Assembly (NCBI GenBank): GCA_964106915.2
Contig: OZ066923.1
Origin: Podarcis gaigeae
Taxonomy: Eukaryota
Direction: 5' to 3' (one strand)
DNA length: 64,000 bases
The notes beneath the pieces are model-generated. The model did not search any database. It was not told where the DNA came from and was given only the letters and a program-made list of their open reading frames with translations. Both the position numbers and the translations under genes were made by a program. This document shows, piece by piece, positions 1 through 13,440 of the stretch. Position 1 is the stretch's first letter. The number at the start of each line of letters is the position of its first letter.

Positions 1-123
1 AATTTTTTTGTTACATTTTCAAGGTTTTAATTTAAAACATATTGCTAAAAGCTTGTGGGATTTTGTTTTCAAAGGAGCCTCTCTGACTCAAGGTTAAAGC
101 CTTTAGTCAGTTTGAAAAGGCAT

Positions 124-125
124 GA

Positions 126-180
<55 letters not shown>
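124..180. repeat. (GAAA)n microsatellite
   Basis: About 14 perfect GAAA units. Confidence 0.95.
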
Positions 181-181
<1 letters not shown>

Positions 182-926
182 CATGGGCCCTGCTTACAAA
201 CCATGCCTTCAACTTCTGAGCAGTGAGGGAGTGAGAACAGCATTCCATGTTGGAGGGGAAATGAGCTGACATGGTTTTTGCCATTTCTGGGCAATCTAAA
301 AAATCATTGAGATATAATATGATTTGTACTTTTGCAAGCTAAGGTAAAATTCTGATGTTTCTCCCCTTTTCTTCAATTCCTCGCAAATTGGGAATTGTGG
401 TGACTTAGCACTAGTAGAAAGTGCTTACATTCAAGTTGGGGCAATGTGTTTTGCCTGCCCAAAACTTGTTCTAGTTTATGTACTTTCCACCTACTGCAGT
501 GCCACCATTAGATGCATCCTATTTTCTTTTAGAAGTGTGAAAATGGTAAGATGATATTTTGCACAACCAGTGGCTAAACCAGGAAAAACCCCAATAAAAT
601 TGCCTGCAAAATGGTGAAGGAATCAGTTTTTCAGGGAGGTGTAATATCCTATTTCTGGGTGTAGTTTTAAGGTGCCTCTCAAGCAGATGGACCAATGGTT
701 TGACTCTGTATAAGGCAGCCTCCAATGTTCTGTTAAAGGCTGCTTGTCTACTGCAGAGCTTCCTCTGTAATGCACTATTGAGGTAGGGAGTACTGTATTC
801 ACACACTTGACCTTGATCCACAATATTCAAGAAATCCATGCCACATGCAAAAAAGTTCCTTGGCACACAAGCTAAGGTGGAAAAAGTTCCTAAAGGCAGA
901 AAGCTAGTGCTCCGCAGTTCTGTGTA

Positions 927-1168
927 CAGTCATACCTTGGATCCCAAACACCTTGCGAGTTGAACGTTTTGGCTCCCGAATGCCACAAACCCGGCAGTGA
1001 GTGTTCCAGTTTGCGAACTTTCTTTGGAATCCGACGCTGCTTCCATGGCTTCCGATTGGCTGCAGGACCTTCCTGCAGCCAATTGGAAGCCGCACCTTGG
1101 TTTCTGAACACTTTGGAAGTTTAACGGACTTCTGGAACGGATTCCGTTCAATTTCTGAGGTACCACTG
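927..1168. mobile_element. Tc1/mariner-pogo-like MITE
   Basis: TA-CAGTCATACCTT ... GAGGTACCACTG-TA: imperfect TIR with TA TSD. Same family as 30181 and 50548. Confidence 0.8.
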
Positions 1169-1187
1169 TACTTTGATATTGTATACA

Positions 1188-2340
1188 ATTAAAAAACTTA
1201 ATATGGAAGGTCAAAGATGGACCTATGAGGAACTACTGGTAAAATCAGACAAAGGGTGGAAGCTCAGACCTTACGATGAACTGGAAGATAAATTAACAAA
1301 TTGGTTACAATTCTATCAAATTAATTCTTTATGGAACGAGCATAAAAAAATAGGGATGAGTGAGAAAAAGTCCAGATTTCAGGTGGAGATAATAGAAGGA
1401 AACTCCAAACTCCTATCTAAAATGTATAACCAACTATTGGACTGGGAAACCAAGGATGAGGAGGTAAAGGAGGTAATGATTAAATGGGCCATCGACCTCG
1501 GTTATAATCTAGACTACGACAGATGGGCGAAACTTTGGAACAAGGACATGAAATTCACGGCATGTGTTGATCTCCGAGAAAATTTACAAAAAATGATGTA
1601 CAGGTGGTTCCTCACCCCTATGAAATTAGAAAAAATGTACAAGACGGGGGATAAAACTTGCTGGAAGTGTAAGTCCAAAGAGGGTGATTTCCATCACATG
1701 TGGTGGGCCTGTGAAAAAGTGAAAAGGTTCTGGGGACTTATTTATGATGAATTAAATTTTTTTTTGAAATATACCTTCCCTAAAAAACCTGAAGCCTTCC
1801 TTTTAGGGATGGTCGGGAAGGAGATTAGGCCAGAAGATCAAACTATGTTCCAATACGCAATGGCAGCTGCCAGGATACTGCTAGCGCAAAACTGGAAAAC
1901 CTCCAATATTCCTACCATCAGAGACTGGCAATCCAAGTTATTTGAGTATATAGAGCTAGCAAGGATGACACAGAAGACCAGGCATCAAAAAAAGTAAAAT
2001 TTATTAATGATTGGAGCAAATTTATTACATACATAGAAACAAATTTAAAAAATATTAGAATTACAGTAGGTGATATATAAAGTCTGAGAGGTGTAGATTA
2101 GGGTGACAAAAAGACACCGCAGGAAGATAATGTGGGAATGAAGCTCAAACCGTGCTGGAGGGAAGTCAAACACTGTTATGTTATGTTATGAATGTCTGTG
2201 TTTTTGTTTTGTTTTTGTTTGTTTGTTTGTTGTTGTTTATGTTAGTAGGCTTGTACTTTTGTTCTATGTTATTCTTCTGCTTGTTTTCTTTTTCTTTTCT
2301 ATTTTTTGAAAAAGCTTAATAAAAATAAAAATAATAAAAA
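1188..2340 (+). mobile_element. 5'-truncated L1-clade LINE (ORF2 C-terminus, 3' UTR, A-rich tail)
   Basis: ORF 1173..1997 has the L1-type Cys/His motif CWKC...GDFHHMWWAC and AARILLAQNWK. GT-rich 3' UTR, AATAAA and A-rich tail. Perfect 13-bp TSD GATATTGTATACA (1175-1187 and 2341-2353). Confidence 0.93.
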
Positions 2341-3856
2341 GATATTGTATACACTTGAGTTTTCCTTGTTAGCTTAAGTTTTCTACAGCTGCTTTGTTCC
2401 TGGGCAAATCAGTTCACACCCAGCTTTAGAAATAAGCCCTGCATATTTCTGTTTGTGGAAAAATTCAACTAATCCAGCAAAGTGATATATTAGTTGCTTC
2501 TGGTTTCTTCACAGCTAGTTGTTTCAGTTATATTCTGCTGTTAGCCAGGATTTTGCTTTTTTGATCAACATAATCACACATGACAGGATGAAGCTGCTGT
2601 TCGCTTTGTGTTCCTTTAAAAAATAAATATGGTCAGATTGTAAAAACTGAATTTCTTTCTTCTTCCTTTTGTCTTTGGCAATAAAATGTAACTATGCAAC
2701 TAAGAATGAATTCGGCTTGGACCAGCTCCAGGTTTACGTGGACCCCGAATCAAGGCACAACAATCCTGAACTGGATGTGTCCACATTCCCTTCCTGGTTT
2801 CAGTAGACCATTCAGCTATATTCACTCAAAAAGCCTTTGCTTCCGCACAATCAAAGCACAGACAATCAAAGCAAGTTGTGCAGCATTCAGGGAAATAGGA
2901 GTAAGCGGGAAAGTGATATTTCTCATCCTCCCTGTAATGACAGTGGGTGAGGAAGTCTGATATGGATGCAGGCTTCTTATTCCCCTCTGAATGACTACCT
3001 CAATTAAGATGGGTATATATGGGGGGGGGGAATCCTTCCATTGGTCAATATTAAAGTCACAGTTTAATAGCCTGGATTAAATAAATAATCATTGGTCATA
3101 TTTTTCTACCAATTAATACCTGCATTTTCAGTTTAGGCTTAGATTTTTAAAAGGATCCTCCCCCATGTTGGAAGCTGCTAATCTTGTCTGCCTGGATGCA
3201 GCTGGCTGTTACTAACAAAAAAATCAATGTTCTGTCCTCTAGAGTGCATCAAGTGACCTCTTCTGCTTGTTTCCTGTGCTGTGTCTTTAGTTTTTGTGTG
3301 TGCAATAAGAGTCTGTTTCATATTTCACAAAACAGGCCATGCTTCCACATGGTGCTAACAGCAAATATAATGTAATGACCTTAGAATCCTAGCTGGAAGG
3401 GCTGTGTGAGCCTCGTTTGCCATGCTAAGGCAGGAATGTATTGTATCTGAAGGATGCTTCATAGCATTGCCTCATATATTATGCCTCATATATTACGGAG
3501 ATCCACCCCCCCCCCAAGGAAATTCTGCAGCACTTTTAGGAAGTGTTTCATTACTGAATTCTATAGCCTTTTCTTCCTATTGAATCTAAACATATATTGC
3601 ATATTATCCAGCCCATGGATTTTCAGTGTTTCCAGGGAGTTGGGCAAAAAAAATATACACTCTCAACATTGGTTTAACTTTTGGGATGGGTGAAATCAAA
3701 GCTTTGAGTCGGGTAGGCTAAATATGAGGTGGCTTGGTTAACATCTGGTCAGCATCCCAGTGGCATTCCCTTTGAAAGTTGGGACGGGGAACAGTGCTAC
3801 ATCATGACATAGAATTCTTAGGACTATCCTTATTAGCCATCTGTCCCTCACTTCGC

Positions 3857-4220
3857 GGGACGCAGGTGGCGCTGTGGGTTAAAGCCTCAGTGCCTAGGAC
3901 TTGCCGATCGAAAGGTCGGCGGTTCGAATCCCTGCGGCGGGGTGCGCGCCCGCTGCTCGGTCCCAGCGCCTGCCAACCTAGCAGTTCGAAAGCACCTCCG
4001 GGTGCAAGTAGATAAATAGGGACCGCTTACCAGCGGGAAGGTAAACGGCGTTTCCGTGTGCGGCTCTGGCTCGCCAGATGCAGCTTTGTCACGCTGGCCA
4101 CGTGACCCGGAAGTGTCTCCGGACAGCGCTGGCCCCTGGCCTCTTAAGTGAGATGGGCGCACAACCCCAGAGTCTGTCAAGACTGGCCGTCGGGCAGGGG
4201 TACCTTTACCTTTACCTTTA
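3857..4220 (+). mobile_element. Sauria SINE, full length
   Basis: tRNA-like head with B-box GGTTCGAATCC, (ACCTTT)n tail, 12-bp TSD CCCTCACTTCGC (3845-3856 and 4221-4232). Confidence 0.92.
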
Positions 4221-7200
4221 CCCTCACTTCGCAGCACATGCAGAAATCACTTTCTTGATCATTGGACCTACTATTGGTCTTGTCTGCTCAATCCGCCAGA
4301 GCCTGCCTTCTCATGAAGGGGAAGTCTCTATCTCACTGAGGGTTTAAGACTCATCGGCTACCCTCACCTGCTTTTGCCAGCTAGTCGAAGCCATTTTGCA
4401 GGATGTGGCTGCTGTTGCATGCTGACAGCTTTTAGGAGCTACATGTGAGACCTGAGTGGGGACCAAAGCCTTCACCAACCTAGCAGATACCACATTGGTG
4501 AAGATTGTACTACATCATGATATAGCCATGGTTCCTATGGGGCATTCTGTCCCAAATGAACACAGGTAGGCTGCTGAGGGCAGCTAACCTACCACTTGAA
4601 GCAGCGACATTTTTTTCCCTTTGGTAAAACGCCTTGGCCACCTCCTCCTTAAAATGTTAAGGCTACCTGCATCAGCAAACTCTTCTGTTTCCCTTCCCTC
4701 TTTATGGGGGACAGAAAGGTCCCACAAATCAATACGTGTGTGTCTGGAATATTCAACATGGCTTGATTTTAAACCTGTAGCTTATTCTAGCCTTTTATGT
4801 GAAAGCTATTATCTGCATATTGATCTGTTTTTCATGTCACTTGTCCAGATGATTTAATTCTATAATATGTGAGAACATGTTCACAGCTGTCAGATGCCAG
4901 TTGTTGTTTTTTTTTTTTTGTTGCTGGGGAAATGCAAAGCTGCATCAGAATCTAACATTTCATTTGAACACGTCGGCCCAGGGCATGATGAAGGTGACCT
5001 CTCCCTACTTGTTGTCTCCAACAACTGGAAATGATATTTTTACCTCTATCCATTTCAAGTTATATTTTATTTATTATAGCTAACAAGTGGTTAGTGCAAC
5101 AAAATATTGCAATATGGACAGCTCTTGTTCAGTGTTCCAGCCCAACCGTGTTATCTTTTAGGATATTGCATTCCTTCCACTTAGCATGCTCAATGCTCAC
5201 TAGGCTATGTTGGAGTTTCTCCTCGCCCTTAGGATTTTTAACTTATGGAATCATTTTGTCTACCTACAGATATACACTAGGAGAACTGAGTTCACATTCA
5301 CTGTTACAAACTATAGGATAGCCCATTACCAATACATTCTGAATTTGTCTAGTCATCATATTTTGTATCAATTGCATACATTACTTACATGTAGTGTGAA
5401 GCAATATTTCCTTCTGTTAGACCTGAACCTAATCACAGTGTTTCTCTTTCTCTTGTTCATAATATAAACCAAACCTCCATCAAAATTGGCTGAAAAACAG
5501 GAAAGGAATCAACAGACAGTTTTCACAGTGGAGGGAAGTAAATAGTGGGGTCCCTCAAGCTATCTGCATGTGGACCATTGCCGTACAAGTTGTTCAGAAA
5601 TTTACTAGTGTCAGGGGCAAGGTAACCCAGGTTGCAGATGACCTGAAAATAGTGTGCCGTCCCATACAGATTGTGAAGAGTTCCAAAATTATATTGCCAG
5701 AGTGCATGATTAGGCAATTGGGTGGCCGATGGGGTTTATGGATGAGGCTGTTTGTCCACTTGCCATTTGAAAAGCAGCCAGACTCAAATGGTTTAGAAAT
5801 GTAAAAGCTCTTTAATGACAGTCAAGGAAAGATGGGGTACAAGTGGTATTGTCTTGGGGTTGCCCTGAGAGGGAGTAATGTCCACTGAGAGGGATGATGT
5901 CCACTGGTGGGATGTTTCATTTTAGTATCTAGTGTTCTTGCTCAGCTGTTCTCCTTTAACAGAATTGGGGAGAACAAATGGAAGAAATATCAAGTTATGG
6001 CTTTACCTTATCTTATGACTTCAAATGCAAGCTCTTTCAGCTTTACTTGTCTTTTAGGAGGGACCTAGGAGTGCTAAGACCTCCTAGCAATAATGGTACG
6101 AGAGGTACCACTGATTTTTCTGGTGGTGGGCCTGATCTGGCCTTTAGGCTGTGGGTTCACCATTTAGAAGCGCTAAGGCCGGGGGCGGGGCTTAACTCTG
6201 GCCCTGCAGATGTCACTGGATGCCAACTCCCATCAGCCCCAGCCAGCATGACCAGTCGCTGCAAATTATGTGAGTTGTATTCCAGAAACACCTGGTGTGC
6301 CACAGGATAACCACCTGTTTTTCGTATATGATCTTTGATGGCCATTGAGTCACCATGAATTGCCTTTGAATTGTTTCACTGTCAGATTATTTTCTGTTTA
6401 ATCTTGAAGACAACATCCTCTGCTTTTATCCAAAGGTTTTTTGCTTTGCCTCTGTCACAACCCTTGATCATATATTTTGATTGTGACCCTGAGGGGCATC
6501 GATAACTTGTAAGCTGCTTTGGGATCCTTGTTCGGCTGAAGAGGACAGAAATGTTTTAAATAAATAACAAATTTTGAGATTGATGGGAATTCAAGGAACT
6601 CTTTTGAGATAGACTTTTTATGTGAGGGGTATTTCATACAGTACAGAGACTTTTCTTGGCAAGCTGCCTATACGTTCCATGACAGGCTGGTGTTCCTCTT
6701 TCAGACGCATTGTGGCGGGAAGTTGGTATCTAGTTTGGACAGAGGCTTCTTTATCTTGAAAACTACTACAACATACATACAACATAAAAGTTTGAAAATT
6801 GTGGTCGCAATGAGGCCTTCCCTATCCCTAGTGGGAGCCAGAAGATTTATCCAGGCTATCTGATAACAGAAGCCACTATTCCTACATAGCCCTTGCGAGC
6901 AATGCTTTGCTGCTACTTACAGAAAGCCCTTTTTGTTTTGATCCGGAATAGAGCCGTTGCATATCTCGCAAGTCTGTTTTCCCTACAGACTGACCGCTTG
7001 TATGAAATAAGCATTGCTTTGCCCTCATTTGGTCTGAAAATGCTGGAGCCTTGCCATAAAACCCTCCATCTGCCTATATACAGATGCTTTTGTAAATGGA
7101 ACATGCTTTCTGCTGTACAGGCGACGGCCATTTTGCACAGTGTTTTTGTTCCCGGTCCCCGAGTGCGTAGGCTGAGCGCATATAAGCACACCCCACTCTG

Positions 7201-8030
7201 TTCCATCCCTGTTTTGCCTTCTTCCAGGTCCAAAAGGTCCCACACCTCAATTGGACGTGCCTAAGATGGCTGCCGCCTGTATGCTACAACTGTTTGCCAG
7301 TTAGGTTCTCTGTATTTCTTGACAACTCTTCTCTTCTGGACAAGTGTTCATATTTTTTTGAGATTGGGTAGGGAGTCTGTACTCCCTGCCCCCCACCTTA
7401 CCCAGAGATAAAGGAAAAATGTATCCCCATTTATCTATATAGTGATGAACTGGAAGAAAAGTCCCAAGCACCTCTGACTTAAACTCGCCTAAACTTGCTA
7501 GCGTTTGGTGGTTCAATAAATTCTATTCATCACAAGCTTTATCTAACCACTTCTGCTGAGAAAAAACTTCATTACACCCTGTTTATTGACTAGTATAGCG
7601 TTTGCTGCCAATAACTAATAGTGAAAACATCAGAAACCATTATTCAGTTCTATGTGTGTATGTTTTCGTTTCCGAGGGGAGTTCTAAAGAAGAATTGCAA
7701 GACATTCCAGGGGCCACCTGGCCTCTGAGGGATTGAATCTGGAACCTGCTGCATGTAGTGTTCTTCTGCTTCTTTTAATTAAAACTGGTGTTGCATCAGA
7801 GAAACCAAAAGAAATGTTAATGTGGAGAGCAATTTAAATGGAACACATAACCTTTAAAATGGAGAAATATTAAGCTCTTTGTTTCAGATTGTTTAAAAGA
7901 TCTGTAGGATACCTTCCTCTTAAAAATAGGAGCTAGTGACACCCACACCCACACCCACCCACACACCCACACACCCACACACCTTTAGATTGAGGCCTCA
8001 GTGATTCAGTGTTATTTTATCAATTAAAAT

Positions 8031-8403
8031 GGGATGTGGGTGGTGCTGTGGTGTAAACCACTGAACCTTGGGCTTGCTGATTGGAAGGTCGGCGGTTCGA
8101 ATCCCCGCAACGGGGTGAGCTCCCATTGTTTGGTCCCAGCTCCTGCCAACCTAGCAGTTTGAAAGCACGTCAAATTTCAAATAGATAAATAGGTCTATTT
8201 ATCCGGAGGGAAGGTAAATGACGTTTCTGTGCGCTGCTCTGGACTGGACTTAACTGTCAGGGGTCCTTTACCTTTAGGTAAAGGTAAAGGGACTCCTGAC
8301 CATTAGGTCCAGTCGTGGCCGACTCTGGGGTTGCGGCACTCATCTCGCTTTATTGGCTGAGGGAGCTGGTGTACAGCTTCCAGGTCATTTGGCCAGCATG
8401 ATT
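8031..8403. mobile_element. Tail-to-tail Sauria SINE pair: internally deleted + copy (8031-8276) and 5'-truncated - copy (about 8277-8403)
   Basis: Junction reads ...GTCCTTTACCTTTA|GGTAAAGGTAAAGGGACTCCTGACC. It is followed by a hAT-MITE terminus (about 8405-8456). Confidence 0.85.
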
Positions 8404-9494
8404 GAGAAGGCGATTGCACCGCATCCGGCCCCTGGGCCTTAGGTTGCCTACCCCTGCTGTAGTCATTGAAAATTCCTCATAATAATGGGAGGATGATGCT
8501 TTGCTGTTGTAAATGGGAGTTTGGCTTTAGATTCTACCACACTGAGCAGCCTTGGAAGCAGTTTGTAAACAAGGGCTCTGCGGATGGGGGTGGGGGACAC
8601 ATGGGAAGAACTGAATCTGCATCCCGCATACTCCATACTGTCTTCTCTACAAAGAAGCAAATACATTGATTCTTGAGCTTTTAAAATTCTGTTAATAGAA
8701 AGGAGTGTAGGAGTAATCACTGCACCAACAATGAGCTTTCTTATCTTAATGGGCACAACAAAAATTATTGTAGTTTGATCTCTGATCACCACATTGACAT
8801 CTTTACAACAGGAGTGTGTGAATTTACTATTACCATTTCAAAGTGGAGGGATCTGAGCTTTGCCTGCTAGGCGCTTGAACAGCTTTATTTCATTGACCTT
8901 GGTTAGTCTAAGCACTGCTAAGTACAAAATCAGTTGTAGACTTTTTGGATTAGATTAATGAGATGGTCAGCACTGTATCTCCCTTAATCTCTCATGTATC
9001 CCCTTATCTTTTTAATCATCCACGGATAAAGCAGTTGATCTCTTAACTTTCCTTTTAGAAAACTGAGGTTTCTAGGAATGATAGACCAAGCTTTTAATTG
9101 AGAGTGAAATTGTTTTCACATAAGCCTGTGCCATCTTTTATACTGAAGACTTTTATTTTCCCTAACTATGGCATGAGTTTGTAATAGCATACCTGAAATG
9201 TGTTTCATATGGTATGGATGTGCCCTTAATTTCACCTTGTTGCTTCAACCTAAAAATGCCAATATGTAGACTTTATTTTTATTTGAAAAAGTTGGTCTTT
9301 GATTTCAAAATTACCCAGCCCAAAATTACCCAAAATTATGCCCAACCCACTTCCAGTGATGACAAGTTTCAGGGATGTGTTTGCTTACCTGGGTTTAGTT
9401 TCCTTTGGAATGATGTCTCTGGTAGCTTACAGTATTTTACAATATTTATTTGTAAATATAAAGTTTGAGGGCAAGGAAAAGGCATAGCTTAAAC

Positions 9495-9714
9495 CAGGGG
9501 CCACCCCTTAACTGAGCTGCCCGCTTGTGCACTGCGCTAAACCAGTACTGTGCGGTGCGGGGATTTGCTTCTGCAGCGCCAGAAATTGCGTCTGTGCATG
9601 CGCAGATACCGGAAATCGCAGGCACGCGCGCTCACACGCATGCGCAATCCGGCCCACGGAGGGATCTCTGCGGGACCAATCTGGCCCAGGCAAGATAAAC
9701 CTTGCTGACCCCTG
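9495..9714. mobile_element. hAT-like MITE
   Basis: CAGGGG ... GCTGACCCCTG termini; degenerate flanking repeat (G/C)CTTAAAC; CpG-rich interior. Confidence 0.6.
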
Positions 9715-11268
9715 GCCTTAAACAGACACCCTGAGTTCAGCACTTGTACATTAGCCAAGAAGAGACAGCAAGCTGATTTGGGGCTATGGTAGTTTACAGA
9801 GCCCCCAATCAACTCTCTCTGCCTCTCAGTCGGTCCTTTTCTCATTTTTTAAAAAACCACAGTTTTTGTTGTCTCTTATTATACATAAACCTCCATAGTT
9901 TTTAGTTGTTGCAGGTATACCCTGTGGTGGAAAGTTTGAAGACCCCTGTTTAATGTAATTCAAATGCTCAGAACACTTGAAACACATTGGCATGGTTGCA
10001 CAGCACCCCTGTGTGAGAGAGGGAGGACCCCAGGTACACTGGAGGAGGAACCAGGTGCCTGTGGTTGTGAGGCATCTAATCATAAGCCTGCATTTTTATC
10101 AAAGCTTATATTTTTGATCAGGGCCTGTATCTTAAAAAGAGCTTAGAGATTTTCAAATGTTTATGCCAGGCAGAAGACCAGCTGCCTAAGAACCTTGGCA
10201 ATGTTTATTCTCCTAGACAAGGGGGCCCCCCTGATTTATAGCAGAAAACAATTCTCAAAGTCGTAAAAAGGGAATTACAGGCTGAGAGCAAGGACACTGA
10301 CCTTGCATGTTGCAAAGTACAATTAAGCTGTAAGAGTGGTTAAATTAAGAGTTGGTAAATAGTAAAATAAAACCATGTGCCTCCCATTAAACTTGAGCCA
10401 TATTTTCCTAAGGTTAAAAGGCCAAGAGCAAATGGCTGGAGAAGGGGAGTGTAAACAGAAGAAGAGGTTTTCTTCCTATTTTATTTTGAGGCTGTAAACT
10501 GTTCATTCCTTTTACTTTGAGAAGGTTTATTCTTTTAAAAAGCTACCTATGATAATGTATTAAATATATTGGCTTAAATGTAATTATGCAAAGGATTTAA
10601 GAAATGATGGATTCTTATTTCATATAGTTGTAAGAGTTGTAACTATCCTGAAATTGTCAGCCATCAGCCCAGCCCCCCTGCCAAGCAGGAAACATCATTA
10701 GAGCACACATATGGTTGTCAGGCCTTTGTTTAAAGACCTCCAAAAGAAGGAGATCTTTCAATGATGATGTGAACTTAAGATCCTTGACATCTCTCTAAGA
10801 TAAAAAGTTAAGATTAACCATCTGTTTTGGAAGGCAATAGGGCAAGGAGGGCAAGAGGTGAGCTGGTAATTAAGGTTCCTTGTTGAGACACATGTAAGAT
10901 ATATTACTACTTATTTGTCATTTATAGATAGAAGAATATATAGCTTTTTGTTTCCCATAAAAGTTAAAAGGAAATGGGTGTATCTTTTGTGATTGGTTCT
11001 AGCAAACAGCCAATAGGAATTTCAACCAGGCTGATTGGATAGAGGCAGCCACAGGAGGAGCAAGGGGGCTGGATTAAGGAAATATAAGTGCTGGCCAGAA
11101 TGGCAGGAGGCCAGGCCAGAGCTTGGTAACCATATACCACTGTGCCTCTCATTTATTTGTCTGACAAATAAATTACTATTTTAATTTCTCTATTGCTGCG
11201 TTGAATATTTCATTCCAGCTAAGCGTTAACCACAAGCAGGGTGCTACAGTTGCCTGCTTTGCAGTGGG

Positions 11269-11790
11269 CAGTGCCGGATTTATGTATAGGCTAAGTAGGC
11301 TGAAGCCTAGGGCCTTTAAATCTAGGGGGCCTCCCCAGCCCACCCTCCCCCCAGCGGGCAGTCTCCCCTCTTCCAAAATTGCAAACCCAAGACTTGAGCC
11401 CAGCAACTATAAGACCCAGGGCCAGCCAGTGTGTCCCAATTTGAAACTCTAGGGCCCAACTTGATTTATATTTTTTGTGGGGCTCTATGGGGCAGAATCT
11501 TAGAGATATAAATCCGTGTGCTAGGTCATTATCACAAGGTCAGCAAAGTCCTTCAGAAATCAGACCTGTTACTGAGTTCTTGTGCAAGTTTGTAAACAAA
11601 TTTCGATAACGTTTTCTGGTGTCCTTTAGAGGAGAAATTGTGAATTGCAGAATTTTAAATACCCATCATCATCCTTGGCGTCATTCAATTTTGTTTATAA
11701 CACTCTTTCATTTTCTTCTAGTCATGAGGGTGGGGGGTTGGGAGGGGCCTCACAAGTGGAGTAGCCTCTCTTCATCTAAATCCAGCCCTG
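11269..11790. mobile_element. hAT-like non-autonomous DNA transposon
   Basis: TIR CAGTGCCGGATTTA / TAAATCCAGCCCTG; perfect 8-bp TSD GCAGTGGG (11261-11268 and 11791-11798). Confidence 0.8.
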
Positions 11791-12284
11791 GCAGTGGGAC
11801 TCCTGAGCATACGTGCAGGAGCACCCACTACATTGCCCAGCAGTCTCCCTGCCTGAGCTGCCTGGGCTGGTCTTGGAGGCAGTGTTGAGGGCTCCCAGAC
11901 AGTTGATTTGAGGAGAATTCAACATTCATTCCAAGGCGATTGGATCAGAACTTTATGGCTGCCATGATGGACCATGGTGATGTGCTTGGAAGTGAATGTG
12001 ACCTCAGATTGAAAAAGGTACCCCACCTTTAGCTTAGCATTGCATCCCAAACCAGGCTTGTGGTTTGTTACATCCGAACCAAGGCCTGTGGTTTGTCTTG
12101 CTTCAAACAAACTATGACCTATAGCCAAGATTTGTTCTGGAGAATGCAAACAGTAGGTTTGCACAGCAGAAATGGTGCTACATTCATACTCCTAAAGTAG
12201 GCCTCTTGGAAAGAGGATAGACCTCCCCCCCCTTTAAAAAAAAGTGAAACCACTTTTTAGGAGCCTATATGGCTGCTTATCAGG

Positions 12285-12430
12285 GACCTGAGTTGCTATA
12301 AGATGAGACTCTTAATCTCAGCGTCATGGGTTTGAGCCCCACCTTGGGCAAAAAAATCCTTCATTGCAGTGGGTTGGACTAGATGACCCCTGTGGCCTCT
12401 TCCGACTCTACAATTCTATGATTCCATGAG
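12285..12430 (+). mobile_element. Degraded tRNA-derived SINE with CR1-like 3' tail
   Basis: tRNA-like GACTCTTAATCTCAG..GGGTTTGAGCCCCA followed by GGGTTGGACTAGATGACC...TCTACAATTCTATGATTCCATG, a typical CR1 3' end. Confidence 0.6.
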
Positions 12431-12789
12431 ATCTCTTCCAACTCAGTTTCTATAAGTAGAAGTAGACAGCTATGAATATCCTTGTTAAATCAAATAGCAC
12501 AGGGCAATAATTTGGGCTTCGCAGTATCACACTTGCTAGGTGTTGTTTTGGCAAAACTACAACTAGAAAATTTTCGTTTTCATTTTTTAAAAAATGAAAC
12601 TTGCTGAGCCTAGCGATGTTCCAAGACCAAAATTATTTGTGGGCCAGTGGTTTGGCTGTTTTGTGAGTAGTTTTATCTTTGCTAATGTGTGTCTAAATGC
12701 TACTCTGTTTTTATCTAAATGTAGTGTGCAAGAGGGTTTTCCTTTCTGTTCACCACAATTTATACATCAGTGGATTTCTTAATAATTAG

Positions 12790-13415
12790 TATATAACCAC
12801 AACTCTTAGTTTCCTTTTGATTTGGTTTTTTTTTTTAAAAAAAAGTTCCCCCCAGTTCACCTCCAATAAGCAGCTGAAATGTTTGCTCATTCAGGGAAGT
12901 TGCAGAAGGCAAAATAACCACAAGTTTAGGAGGCAAAAAAGAAACTGCTGGCCAGCTTGTGGAAAGAGCTGTTATTGCATTTAAACCGTGACAGAGTTCA
13001 GAGTTTTTAAGCAGCTGAGGCACTAGATGAAAACAGCCTTTGTAGTTTTACAGAGTGCTTTTCTCCGGCAGTTTGAAAGTTACATAAGTTGAACTTCCCT
13101 GTTAACTCTTTTAGCTGGAATGAAACCTTGTGCTCCCCACCCCCCACCCCCCACTTCTTGCTCGTTTGCATGTTTGCCGATACACACTCCACAGCGCAAA
13201 AACAGCTGTGCCTCAAGGGACAGTGGGTCTGGTCATGACTCTCGCCCGCTGAAGTGTAAACTTCCAGTGTGTAATGATTTCAGAACTCCTCCTAGATGTG
13301 GTCAGCAAAGCTCACAGCTAAGGAGTTGTGAACCTATCATATGATCCTTGCTCATTGCGAAACCGAGTCTCTGCACGCTTAACGGCACTAGATTGACGTG
13401 TGTGTATCTGCATAC
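12790..13415 (+). promoter_or_regulatory. Candidate internal promoter / 5' UTR of an alternative FGD4 first exon
   Basis: Repeat-free block upstream of the 13440 donor. It has two AACCACA (RUNX-type) sites at 12795 and 12916, CCAAT at 12863, three CAGCTG E-boxes (12871, 13012, 13203) and a CCCCACCCC tract at about 13135-13152. Based on motif presence only. Confidence 0.35.
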
Positions 13416-13440
13416 ATGACTGCCATGTCATCTGATCCAG
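13416..13440 (+). CDS. FGD4: Candidate alternative first coding exon (MTAMSSDP-G) of an N-terminally extended FGD4 isoform
   Basis: ATG ACT GCC ATG TCA TCT GAT CCA G|gtaaag is a good phase-1 donor matching the phase-1 acceptor at 21277. There is an in-frame TAG upstream at 13389. It lies in a repeat-poor, TF-motif-rich block. Confidence 0.55.

Noticed and set aside
69-294. ORFs with FLSF repeats (similarly 36624..37121 with poly-Y/KKER and 16022..16363 with WMDG)
   Set aside because: These are translations of microsatellites, not genes.
3857-3940. tRNA-like A/B boxes (GGTTCGAATCC) here and in other SINE heads
   Set aside because: These are SINE heads with tails and TSDs; there is no complete cloverleaf, so they are not tRNA genes.
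5963-6310. Acceptor-like site followed by an ORF starting MEEISS, reminiscent of the FGD4 MEE start
   Set aside because: Similarity is limited to 3-4 residues, there is no convincing donor, and the ORF runs into a degraded MITE.
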